The position numbers were made by a program, and so were the translations under genes. Under the pieces are notes generated by a model. It was not told the DNA's origin. It ran no database searches and saw nothing but the letters and a program-made list of their open reading frames with translations. Positions 11,297 to 23,515 of a DNA stretch of 64,000 bases are shown here, piece by piece. Each line of letters starts with the position of its first letter. The stretch's first letter is position 1. This DNA is from Phoronis australis (taxonomy: Eukaryota; Animalia; Phoronida), in contig NMRA01000862.1 of assembly GCA_002633005.1 (NCBI GenBank), forward strand, positions 1 through 64,000, in the 5' to 3' direction.

Positions 11297-14200
11297 CCCC
11301 CCCCCCCTTAAAGCCGCCTGTGATTTTGTACTTTTTCCAAATTGTCACCTCTGTGGTCACAGGTGATTTTAACCATTGGAAAGAAATTTTCAATCACAAA
11401 GGGAATTTTTAGGCCTCGTGGCCGGGAATTTCGCGTGATTTTTCAATATTTTTGAGAGGGGAATAGGGCCGATATTTGGCCCCAAAATTGAGGGATTGAG
11501 GGCCCTGTCCTTTTTGTAAAGAAAAATACATCGCGCTTCAACCCATAGTCATGAAAACACAGCCTGGCTGGCCGAATATTCTCCGGTCCTCGTTGCTAAG
11601 GCGGCATCAAGTCCGAGATGTGACAAATTATGATTCGAAAATAGTTATAAATTTTACACGGACATATTTTCCTTCGTCGCGGCGTATGGCAAGGTCCCAC
11701 GCTTCCGAATCCCAACGTCCTTAGGGATTGTAAAACAGAGTGTCCGTATTTTTTCTAGCTGTTCGAGCAACGCGGAGTACAACCACGCGGATAAGCCCTC
11801 AGAGCTATCGTAGCGAGCCTCGTTTTGGAACGCGCCTCCTGTCGGCGTGAATAGGGTCTATGACGACAGGCAGGCCAATATTATCTACCAGGCGTATTAC
11901 AGACCACGTGTGAACACAGTCAAAGCGAGTTGGTACGTTCGGAAAGGATTGATTGTCGTATATTCAGTTGTAGGTGGGCGATTTTGGCGATTCAAAAACT
12001 AAACATGGTCACCATTTGATGAGGATTTCAGAAATGCTATTAGAATAGGCCTACAGTTACACGCGGGCCTAAATATCCGAACATACGGTAGTTACAGCAA
12101 TTGTCTTGGTGAATTATGGACCAGTGATGTTAACGTGTTGTGTTTCAGATCCACCATGCAGCGCCACGTCAACCTTTTCTGTCTGTCCTGGCTTCCGGCC
12201 TCGCATAAGCTGGGGAACCGTAGACGTGTGGCAACCGTCATCAACAGTCAGCGGTGAGTGAGTTGCTACGAACTTTTACGATTTCTCTTACGCATGCCTA
12301 TAATATATTATACGGTCACGTGGACGGGAAAAGAGCAAGAGGACGACAACGAGGGATGACATCAAGACATGGACAAGATCAACGATGACAGAATGCACAA
12401 GAGTGGCAAACAACAGAAAGAGATGGAGGTCCATTTCACGTCGACCTCAAAAGAGATGACACCCGATGATGATGAGGATGCCTATAATGGCAAATCTTGG
12501 GAAATATGAAAACAACGTGCATTGTGTTTCAGGACAATCGTTCATTTTGGACATGCCCAAAAGCAGGCGTAAACGTCAATTGAAATAAAGCAAAATGAAG
12601 GAGAAAAAATGTTACGCTAAATTCTCACTAGATAGAACGATAGTCAAAAGGTTGATTAAAAAACATAAAGATAGGCAATTCTATCAATAACTATTTTTGA
12701 ACGAAATAAGAGAATACTTGCCATACCGCGCTGTAAAAGTTGTTGGTAATTCAAAAGTAGATGGTCGTGAACGTGCGTTTTTTACATATACTGCAATGGG
12801 GGTCGAAGAAGCACATTTTATGGACTTGAAATACCAGCCAGGTTTCACTTCGTCCCCAGTTTGGCTTCAGTAAGAGCAGTCCGACGACGTCTCCGATAAA
12901 TTTGATCTATTTTACCCATCCTTTTAAGGACTGAAATTGAGAAAACAATGACACCTTGACTTATTTTCCATATACATTTGCCCCGTTTCAGGCACGAAAA
13001 ACGATTTCCTGGGGGCTGTTTCGAATATTTTTCCGATTGAGCCCTCCGTGGGGGCTTGACGTTGGAAATTTCAGGTACCGATTCTAAAACTGCTCGAGGT
13101 TATTTTACAGAAAAAAGTAAGTCTAAACACCATTTCGCTCGGCATACCGTCAAATCCCATAGTTTTATTTTGGAAACAAACAGTTTGTTGGAAGCACTTG
13201 AAATGTAATGCCTTTTAAGGATATTTCCAACCTTATTCACAAAAATTGGCCATTTTTACAATATTTCATTTGTGTCTAGCAAAATACCTTATCTTCATTC
13301 TCGAGGAACTTCAAATACGAAATATATACTGCGTAGCGAGAAAAAAAAAGATTTAGCAGAACCACCTTGGAACCGCACAACCGCGTGGATATTTGTTTAC
13401 CACTTATCCAAGGTCAAAGGTTAAAGGGCTTTCAAGTAAATCGAGTCTCCCGTCAGGTACAGAACAGCGTCGGTATACCCTCAGTCCTTTCATTCACAAA
13501 TTCGCCATAACATTGAACCAACGAGGTGTGGCTATGATAGAATGGTGCCGGGGNCAAATATCGGGTCAGTTGGGGCGTACTGAACTGACTGACATCGAAG
13601 CATACGTCATAGCTGACCAAATGACAACGTCTTATTGGTCCCACAGTAATGGGGCGGTAACTTGACACACTTGGAAAGTACATTTCGAGTCAACTCTGAC
13701 GCGCCTCGATGACTCGTAACGTGTCTGAAAAGACCCGTCAGAAGGTGACGCTAGGGGCGTTCCATAGAAAACAAATGGTACGAGTTGCCTCAGGCCTCAG
13801 TCTGGTCATGAACACAGAAAGTTGTGAAAAGAGATAAATCCTCCCCTTATTCCTTAATTCAATTATTAAGTTAACATTTCGATGTTTCGATTTCATGTTA
13901 ACGACTTACTTAAACCACCAATTCAATTTTTGTTATCCATTTCTTACTTGGCTTGCCGGGTATCAGTCTCCCAGCACGTGACGTGTACAGGCCATGAACT
14001 GTGACCTACTTTTCTATGTACAGTCAGTTGCCATCTATCAGATATTTGGCTTAAAAGCACCAATTATGGTTAATCAAACAATCCATCTCAGAAATAACGC
14101 AAACATTTTTATAGTATTAGAAATTGTCGGAAATAAGTGTCAATATTCATTTCTTTCCGATGCTATGCTACCCGTTTCATGAACTTAATGAGGGTCAGCC

Positions 14201-14621
14201 TCCTCAGGGAGCGATTGCTTCCCTTACCCAGTTGCCCGCTGTCCCTCATGACAAAGCCTTCCTAACAATAGCTCAGTGGAGAGCCAGCCAACCACACCAA
14301 TCGCTTGTGCAGTATTACGTAATCATTGACAAGGACTTGAGAACACATCGGTGTAGAATTCACCTTTATAACTACTTAGGAATTTATTCAAAAATTTAGT
14401 TCCCTGTTGCTAAGTCTTGATTAAAACCGATCATATACAGTCATCGATTGGCAAAAATTGATGCACAGCTCGCGAGAAACAAAGAACTTGTGACAATTTA
14501 GCGTTGAGGCATTAGTACGCACGTTACACGGCTTGAGTCATATTTTTCAGTTTTGTTGAATAAACGTTTCAAACGTGGACATTCTCCATTTAGATCCCTT
14601 GAACATCATTCTCTCGATAAA

Positions 14622-15020
14622 TTTGCCAATTACGGTAATTGAAAGAATGTCGACCATTTTTAATTGTCTGAGAACTCTTTCCGCGCGAGCATTTAAAGTC
14701 GGGTAATAAACTTCAGCGTCGACTTGTAATGTCAGAACCTGTCCGAAGTTTTAGAAATAGGCAATATTGGCCGTCCGAAACTCGTGAAATGTGCCGAGAA
14801 ATTCGGCAAAAATTGACGGTNTTTGCCAATTACGGTAATTGAAAGAATGTCGACCATTTTTAATTGTCTGAGAACTCTTTCCGCGCGAGCATTTAAAATC
14901 GGGTAATAAACTTCAGCGTCGACTTGTAATGTCAGAACCTGTCCGAAGTTTTAGAAATAGGCAATATTGGCCGTCCGAAACTCGTGAAATGTGCCGAGAA
15001 ATTCGGCAAAAATTGACGGT
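14622..15020. other. 199-bp near-exact duplication across a single N (probable contig/haplotype overlap artefact)
   Basis: 14622-14820 equals 14822-15020 except one substitution (aaagtc/aaaatc); the copies are separated by n at 14821. Confidence 0.85.
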
Positions 15021-16631
15021 GTCCGAAATCTTAGCATTTATGCGATCGGATGTCGAAAAATTTTCGATTTGCCGTTTTAGACGGCTTGAACTTGCGCGCA
15101 GATTTGTGATAGTTATTGCTGACGCGAGCATAAACAGCGATGTTGCTGACCATGAACAGAAGCGACTCTCCAAACTTTGTGATAGGAAATAAGGCATATA
15201 TTTGTCGTGTAACACGCCTTGACTGATTATTCGTAATATCCTTTGGTGCGCAACGAAGTTCCCGTTACAAACACAAAAGACTGCAGGTGATATATCATAT
15301 GTAACCCTGTTTTGTTTCTGGGGCAACGCGTGCGACATACTTATGAGTCGGGATAGTTTCCGACTGATGTCTTTGATGACAGGTTCATGTATGTAGCACG
15401 CGCTTCCTGGCCACGTGCGTTTAACACCAAGTTATTTTTATTCATGAGACCGTCGATGTGTCTGTACTGAAAGGTCAGAGTAGCAACGCTGTTGCGTTTT
15501 TTTTGAAGCGTGGCGTTACTTTGGAACGTATAGTCACGGTTAATTACAAACGTAGCAGTGCCGCTGGTGGTCTAGAAGACCAGCGCAAACATTTTTGATA
15601 AATTAAAGACGTTACTGTAACCGAGTTTTCGGACTTTGCGCACGTCATTGTTCGCATGTACACGTTCATGGACTGGGTGCTTATTTCAGCGAAGTCTGAT
15701 AACGCGTGGGGGCGCTTATAGGGCATGGGCTGTTATTACGGCGAATACGGTAGTACCGCCTCACCCACCCCGCTTGCACGGACTCGGCCAAAAGAAAAAT
15801 GGAGAATTTCGAGACTACGCCATGGAAATACGCTCTGTGTTATGTCCATATGCCATGGGCCCGGGGAAACTGAATAGCGTGCCTGACCTTGGATGCGCAA
15901 TTTTCACATCATATACCATGTTCAAACTTAGCTAACTTTTAAAATAGTACCTGAGACACAGCTGATTTGCTTTCTGTTAAGTATATTGCAGGCTTCTTGC
16001 ATATATTGTCCAAATCGCTATTTTACGGAGTTTTTAAGATTCTCCACTCTTGTGTGAGCATTTATGGGGAAATTTTCTTCCTTACACTGATCACCGCTCA
16101 GATTCTCTTAGCCCCAAACAACTTTAACGATGCCTATTGAGGTCGCCCTTTGTATTGATGTAGACCTGAACTAATGAAGTCTAAAGGTAATAGCTTACAC
16201 TACTGTCTCAACAATCGTGTTTGTTATTACACCCAAACAGGTTTTCTCTGGCATTATCACAGAGTTACATCCTGCAGCTGTGGAGTTTTAACTTGGTACA
16301 CAATATGACTAAGAATGTTAATTCGTTTTTATCTTCACAAAAAGACACTTCCCAAAAGTAACGATGGTTTTGTTTATCGTAATCTATTTTGCCCGGGGTA
16401 CGCCACGAGCTATGTTGCAGAGTAAAACAAGAGGAGGATTGAGAATATTGTCATTTATTATGACGTAATAGATAAAACTAACTAAGACTCTGCAAGATGG
16501 GCATGCAAAAAACGCCATAATGGCAGCACGGAATGCTGACATCGCCCATCCGAGGAAGCGCAACCCGGGCAATAACAAGGTTAGACTATGATAAAATATA
16601 GGTACTAAACAGGATAACAGGAAATTAGAAT

Positions 16632-17051
16632 NNNNNNNNNNNNNNNNNNNNNNNNNNNNNNNNNNNNNNNNNNNNNNNNNNNNNNNNNNNNNNNNNNNNN
16701 NNNNNNNNNNNNNNNNNNNNNNNNNNNNNNNNNNNNNNNNNNNNNNNNNNNNNNNNNNNNNNNNNNNNNNNNNNNNNNNNNNNNNNNNNNNNNNNNNNNN
16801 NNNNNNNNNNNNNNNNNNNNNNNNNNNNNNNNNNNNNNNNNNNNNNNNNNNNNNNNNNNNNNNNNNNNNNNNNNNNNNNNNNNNNNNNNNNNNNNNNNNN
16901 NNNNNNNNNNNNNNNNNNNNNNNNNNNNNNNNNNNNNNNNNNNNNNNNNNNNNNNNNNNNNNNNNNNNNNNNNNNNNNNNNNNNNNNNNNNNNNNNNNNN
17001 NNNNNNNNNNNNNNNNNNNNNNNNNNNNNNNNNNNNNNNNNNNNNNNNNNN
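16632..17051. other. Assembly gap
   Basis: Run of N. Confidence 1.
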
Positions 17052-18334
17052 GTACGTTAAAAACAGATTCTTTTCATTGTGTTTTAAAAAATTCAATAAT
17101 TTTGGAAATATTTGTCTAAATGCACAAAGTTGTCGATGGGGTTTCAACGCACAATGGTTCTCGTACATTTCACGTTATTTCACAGTAGTGTTTTAAAACA
17201 CGTTTCTTCCAACAATGTACGGTGTGCTATAGATAACGATTGGACCGGCGCTTGTTGACTTTAGTGGCGCTATATACGACCATGCCGTAGGCTATACCCA
17301 CGAACCCCTACTCTGTGTATCATTGGTCTAGAATTCACCTTATTCGTACGGAGGATCTGTAAGAGGCCGCGTTTTCGGCGCACGGTCAGATTTCCCCCTA
17401 CGTGTATAAAGTAGGCCTATAACTGCGGGTCAGTTGATCAATATTGCTTTTGTTGTTGCTGTTGATAAGATCCATGGCCTAGTTTCTTTGTTGCAACTGT
17501 TGGTATTCATGATGACTTGCCTATTAAGCACTTTTATTGATCCAGATTTGTTACTACACGGAGTGAAGGACAACGGCTTAAGATCCGATCGTCTTTATAA
17601 TTTAATAATTATTTGACCAGTTCCCTCAAACTCTACACGCACACCTCCCTATCTATTGTAGTGTCGCGATTTAAAGAAAAAGAAAATATCAAAACTGAAA
17701 ATAAAAATTGTGAGATTTGCCTATTGCACTATATAGTCCGTGGTACAAGAGTAGACTTTTTTTTTAATTTACACCACGTCTGTTTTTCTTCTCGCCATTG
17801 ATCTGTGTTAAATTTTTACAAGGCAGAAACATTACTGGAGATGAAACTAATAAGTAAACTGTGACGGGGATGCCGTTTATGCAAAACACTTTCAAAATCA
17901 TCTATCTGGAAAACAAACTACTGCACTTTGTCCAAAGTACCATATATGCCATGTGCCAAAGAAGTGAGTTGTAATAATTATTTTATTAACCACTACATAT
18001 TGTACATGTACGCCTCTCACACACAACTCAGCCACACGCCGTTATAACTACTACTGACTCAGTCTGTTAACTGAAAGTTCAATTATGAAATAGCGATCAG
18101 GCCCGGAGATCAGGAAAGGTACAACGTCGATGATACTGGCTATACGTCAGATTAAAAGTAACGAATTAGTAACTTTACATATCCCACACGTTCGTCTATA
18201 ACCCCGACCGAATTAAATCTGATAATGAACTGTTGTACAATGTGCCATAGAACATTTAATCGCCTCATTATACGCTTACTTACAGTAACCCCCCAGTATT
18301 TCCAGCTTTCGGAGCGAAATAAAAACAAAGCCAA

Positions 18335-18445
18335 GGCATAGCACGGACGCGACTTAACTTCGGATTAACCGTGGTCAGATGAAGTCCGGACTGCGGCTAG
18401 CCTCGGTTCAACCACGGTTTGGAACCCGTGTCCGGACGCGGCCTA
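18335..18445. mobile_element. Small GC-rich inverted-repeat MITE remnant
   Basis: Short GC-rich island in AT-rich DNA with an internal aaccgtggt / accacggtt inversion and cggacgcg motifs near both ends. Confidence 0.35.
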
Positions 18446-18544
18446 GCCGCGTTCGATAGGAAGAGACTTTCGATCAGTACTGTATACATATATGCTAAGG
18501 AGTTGAATATACATACATGTACATGTACATATATACATATACAT

Positions 18545-20593
18545 ATCATCGCTGATAAGTCAAAGTTTGAGAGTATAAAAATCGTAACCCCAATAATAAT
18601 CTTAAGAAAGAGCTAAACTGTTTAATTAAACTAGCTAATGTTCATAAACAGTATTTCAAAATTGTTGAGGGTGATTTTTCAGAAGGATACTTGTACGGTA
18701 ACCCTAAAACACACAAGCAAGGGTACCCACTAAGACCCACCATTTCTCAAGTGTTAACCCCTACCTATGAAATTGCTAAAACATTAGATAAACTTATTAA
18801 ACAATACCTACCCTATAAGTACAATGTGAAATCTCGTGATGAATTTTTAGATTTATTGAGATCTATTGACGCAACACCAAATTCCAATCCTGTATCTCTT
18901 GACGTCGAAAGTTTATTTACTAACGTCCCTGTTGTTGAAACTGTAGAAATAATAATATCTTCTATGTACAACCATGTATCAATGGCTCCTCCCAGTATTC
19001 CTAAAGAGGTAATTCGAGATTTGTTGTTACTTTGCACTACAGAAGTACCTTTTAGGAACATCGATCGCAAACTGTATTTACAAACCAATGGTGTATCCAT
19101 GGGATCACCTCTTGGACCAACTTTTGCTGATTTTTACATGTGCAACATTGAAGCTAAGGTTATTGATAGTCTTCAGGAAAAGCCGAACATGTACTGCAGG
19201 TATGTTGATGATTTCTTTATGATTGTCAACCATGATAAGCTGATGGAGATCAAACTCTCTTTAGAGCAAAATTCTGTATTAAAATTCACGCATGAATTAC
19301 CAGTTAACAACAAGCTACCGTTCTTAGACGTGCTTATTGATTATGATGAATCTGGCATTAAAACCTCAGTATACAGGAAACCTACATATGATGGGGTTTG
19401 TTTACATGAAACTAGCCAATGTCCTCTGAGATATAAACTCTCTGTTTTGACAAGCTTTTTGAAAAGAGCATATTCCGTTTGCTCAGACTGGAAAACCTTC
19501 AACACCGAGTGTAATCGCATTAAGCAAATTATGATAAATAACGGTTACAGCAATAAGTTTGTTGATGAGAATGTGAAGCTTTTCATAAGCCAGTTGCAGA
19601 AGCCTATGTGTTTAAAACAAGCAAGTGGTTGTACCAAAAAACTATTCTATCGCAACCAATACCATTCACGTTATATTGAAGATGAACGAGTTTTAAAACG
19701 GATCATCCATAATAATGTTATGACCGTTAAGCCAGAAGACAGCTTTAACTTAATTATATATTACCAAAACCACAAAACTAAAGATCTTGTTGTTAAAAAC
19801 AATATGTGCTCAAAATCTGTCCGAGTGTTAGCCAAAACTGACTTGATTTATCAGTTCAATTGTCCCCACCACGAATGTATTTGTTCAAACACTGATTGCT
19901 CAAGGTACGTTGGTTATACAACTTGCACTTTATCTCGCCGGTTATCTATGCACTTACAGAATGGATTAATTAAAGATCACTTCCAAACACTCCACAAACA
20001 GAAAATTTCTCGTTCAGATATTGTTGATAATACCATCGTCAGGTATTTCGAACGTGACCTCTTTCGTCTGAAAATACTCGAAGCTTTAATAATAAAAACT
20101 GAAACACCTTACATAAATTCTCAAGATACTGGGTTCCATCGTACCTTGTCGTTATATAAATAATGTCCATAAGTTGTATCACCTATGTATTTTAATAAAT
20201 TTTACTACGTTACATAGTACAGTGTACATTTAATTTAATTTAGTTTCCATGACATTTCCTTCTGTAATTGCGCTCTTATGTATGCAACCTTATATTCGTG
20301 TTTAATGTCATTGTTCTTGTTTCATGTATCTTACACGATAGCGTTTATGATTTTTTAAATTTATTTGCCTTTGATGAGTGATGTATAGTCAAAGTACTGT
20401 TTTATTAAGATATGTTTTGTACAGAGTTTTATTATATATTTACTCATATATATATATGTGTTCGTGATGCCACTTACACTGGGCGATCTATTATATCAAC
20501 TACCATCCGATGAAAGACACTTGTGTAGACACTACGAAAGTTTGTTGTACAAACTAATTAAAGCAAAGAACAGCTTCCTTTTCAATGCAACAT
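18545..20593 (+). mobile_element. Penelope-like retroelement (PLE), 5'-truncated, with 3' pseudo-LTR and tail
   Basis: RT-EN ORF followed by an AT-rich 3' region, then a short restart of a PLE-type N-terminus (MPLTLGDLLYQLPSDERHLCRHYESLLYKLIKAKNSFLFN, 20467-20590). Coding homology extends upstream to ~18545 (IIADKSKF) across a 1-nt frameshift. Confidence 0.9.
18691..20163 (+). CDS. PLE reverse transcriptase + GIY-YIG endonuclease (N-terminally truncated)
   Basis: YGNPKTHK..PLRPTIS, SLDVESLFTNVPV, GVSMGSPLGPTFADFYM, YCRYVDD, LPFLDV, VYRKPT; C-terminal LIYQFNC...YVGYTT..LSRRLSMH...LEALII...P.IN.Q. Confidence 0.95.
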   Translation: MYGNPKTHKQGYPLRPTISQVLTPTYEIAKTLDKLIKQYLPYKYNVKSRDEFLDLLRSIDATPNSNPVSLDVESLFTNVPVVETVEIIISSMYNHVSMAPPSIPKEVIRDLLLLCTTEVPFRNIDRKLYLQTNGVSMGSPLGPTFADFYMCNIEAKVIDSLQEKPNMYCRYVDDFFMIVNHDKLMEIKLSLEQNSVLKFTHELPVNNKLPFLDVLIDYDESGIKTSVYRKPTYDGVCLHETSQCPLRYKLSVLTSFLKRAYSVCSDWKTFNTECNRIKQIMINNGYSNKFVDENVKLFISQLQKPMCLKQASGCTKKLFYRNQYHSRYIEDERVLKRIIHNNVMTVKPEDSFNLIIYYQNHKTKDLVVKNNMCSKSVRVLAKTDLIYQFNCPHHECICSNTDCSRYVGYTTCTLSRRLSMHLQNGLIKDHFQTLHKQKISRSDIVDNTIVRYFERDLFRLKILEALIIKTETPYINSQDTGFHRTLSLYK

Positions 20594-22812
20594 ATTTTTA
20601 TGTATACCTATTTGTACTTGTATATATATGTATATATAATTGCCAGTTTTGTACTAAGTGTTACGTTGACTTGATCGCAAGTTGAGTGTTATTTATACAG
20701 CTCCAACTTTTTTACAATTTTGTAAATTCGGATGACCAAACTGGCAAACGACGCTGAGTAGACATTGGTTTGCCTTTTGAACTGTTCATGCTATACGGCA
20801 TTGTTAAAGTAGTTCTCAAGTGCAATACGGAAAACAACAACACATGGTCATCTTGCACTCAACTTATCCAACTAGTATGGGACAAAAAGATTGTCCACGT
20901 GATTCTAGGCACGGAAATTATTCAACGGAGCCCCACAGTTTGTGACGTCCTACCAATTTTCGGTATCTTTGAACGGCGTGGATTTCGTGTGCATACATGT
21001 ACACGAAAAAAGCTCTAACGTTTGTAGAGAGGTATGGTAATCAAGTTTTTAAGGCACGTAGCTATGTACAATGACTGCACGACAGCTTTGATATGACATA
21101 AAAAGCAGGCTGAATTCTCCGGGTTGCTAGACCTACATTTGAAAGAATACCAAACCCTATTTCATCCTATTTACGGATACTAAAAACGATTTTTTCACCC
21201 AGTTCCCTCTAACAGAATACTGCTTTGTAACTGTCGACAACTTTCAAACGTTTGGAGGAAAATTTAAAAACGCTTTTCGAGTCTGCTATACGGGTATGCT
21301 TCTTTGAATTTCTCGCAACAGTGGGAAAAGACTACTCATCGAGGACCATAATGTCCAGTTTGTGAGATGAGGGGTATGTGTTTTTTTGGTTGTTTCCTAA
21401 GTGTGTCTTTCAAGATTGACGCCAGTGATGCATTAGCATGTGACAGAACGCGGATTGGTTGAAATCATCAAAACATGGTTTAGTATACTTTTAAGTTCCG
21501 TGCTCAAATATGCTATGTTTCAGTAAATTGTGAATATGCAAATGAAGTACTACTTTACAAGCAACTCCTGGTCTTCAGGTGTGCCCGAAACCATCCGAAA
21601 ATCAGTTGCCATTACAATCTCGTTAGAGTCTCGTTTTGCGAAACTAGGAAATGAGAATTCCCAAAGGCACATACACTTCAAATTGTCGTAGTGACGAAAG
21701 TACCAAAGCCTGACATGCCGTCTGTTGAACGACGATTTGTCATGCTAAAAACGCAAACCACGCTTTCCAAAAATCGCTCAAGTTTGCACCCTTTTTCTTG
21801 GACACATAATTAGTTATGACTTCACACCAGTAACACGTTAATGGACCATTCTCTTTTTTACAAACGCCGTGTACAGTTTCAAGGAAACATCAACAACCAT
21901 GACTTGGTAATTCGAGGACTCCGTGAGAATTAGGCCCCTCACATATCAAGGATGGAAAACCTTGCGATTTGAAGTATATGAATTCCCTTACGGCAAGTGC
22001 CTTTTCCTTTTAATTTGGAGAACATTTACATATTACGTCCTACAAAATTTGCCGTTTCCCCCTCCCCCTTCTGTCATCACCCGTCATCAGTGATGCAAGT
22101 TCCCCCTCCAGCCGACAATTACGTCATCACAGCCAAACCCTGTTTTCGAAGAACCGACCGTTCGTGGGAGATTCCGTCTTAATGAATATAATAACAAACT
22201 GATGTTTCTTTATAAACATTATAATGCATTTGCCGCTGTTGTATTCAGCAGTGAAATAAAGTACACCACTCCAATTATAAGATTTTTAGTTTTCTAATGT
22301 TTTGTATATTATTGTATCAATCAAATCAATTTCTTCAGAGTTTTAATACGTGATTTATGAGCCTGAATGACCACAGCTTTTCCTCCAATATGTTACGTGA
22401 ACAATCAAATACGTGTTTGTAATCTGGCAATTTATAAATAGAAATGCTTTGGCGCAACAAAGAATTCAAAGTCTGATTTTCACAATACCCAAGACGTAAC
22501 ACTAAAATGTTTATTGGTGTTTATTGTTGTTGACTTGTGGTTCATGTACTCAATTGTACATTTTTACGTTTTACGTAAACTGATTGTTTACCGGGGTTCG
22601 ACGTAAGCAATTAAACACTCGAAAATACTTGAAAAAAGTAAAATACGTTTGGAAAATTGACTTCACCTAATACGACTACTGAGTCGCTATGAAAAATTAT
22701 CTTGGACAATTACAAGTAATACTGGAGATGTGTCCGGTGCGAACGGTCCATTATTTCGATGACGCTCATAATGTTGACGAATAAATTTTGCAATATTTTC
22801 TTGTGTCTACAG

Positions 22813-22989
22813 GTGGTGAAACCTTGTTTTCCCCAGACATTTATGGGGGCTGGTCACAGTGGACCAGCTGGTCGTCCTGCACGGTTAATTCTAGTAGCAG
22901 TTACAAAACCAGAAATTGCAGTGAGCCATCTCCCCACAAAGGACGCTTCTGCCTCGGGAAATTTCGTGAAGAAACGTAATGCAGTCCAG
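22813..22989 (+). pseudogene. TSP1-repeat gene exon with in-frame stop
   Basis: ctacag|GT...CCAG|gtgagt splice sites; encodes IYGGWSQWTSWSSC...TRNCSEPSP..GRFCLG...EET*CSP; TAA at 22977-22979 lies inside the domain. Confidence 0.8.
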
Positions 22990-23326
22990 GTGAGTTTGGA
23001 TTGACTTTATCCTGTCCATAGAACTGTAGAACTGAAATGCCAACTACGATCTCGCGCGGCTGAGGTAGCTCCATCCATGCGTGGGCTTTGTTTGCATTGG
23101 TTTGTTAGTGTGTTGTTTTTTGCTATTGAATACGAGGTATATAATGGAATGCTTGTTTTAGTACATAAGAGATCAATTTAGAACAGATTGTTAGCACAAA
23201 AACTTCTTCCAAACAAATTCCTCTGTAATTTTGGAATATTTTTGTGGTTTTTCACGGTTGCTGTGAGGAATTTAGACAAGTATTCATATAAAACCATTCC
23301 CTTTCATAACTTAATCGGACTTTTAC

Positions 23327-23515
23327 TGCCGTTTGATACAATTTTACTTTGAGTAAAAATACAGGATGCAGTGACATTCTCAGAAAATGCATTAAACTAA
23401 ATCCTTCAATTACGTATCCGAAATTTGTAGATAAAACCTTTCTGATAGATAAAAAGAGGAAAAAGTCGATTGTTGTATCTTTGAAATGTTCTGTGGATAG
23501 CTCCTCACATTGGTT
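23327..23515 (+). repeat. Dispersed repeat, homologous to 34574-34767
   Basis: tgccgtttgatacaa...gcagtgacatt...gaaaatgca...ccgaaatttg...tggatagctc.tcacattggtt present at both loci. Confidence 0.8.

Noticed and set aside
10559-11393. Long ORFs spanning N runs (also 16605-17168 and the minus-strand ORFs at 27769-28384)
   Set aside because: Their length is an artefact of untranslatable gaps.
14622-15020. Perfect-looking 199-bp tandem duplication
   Set aside because: The copies are separated by a single N and differ at one base, which is typical of a contig/haplotype overlap join rather than biology.
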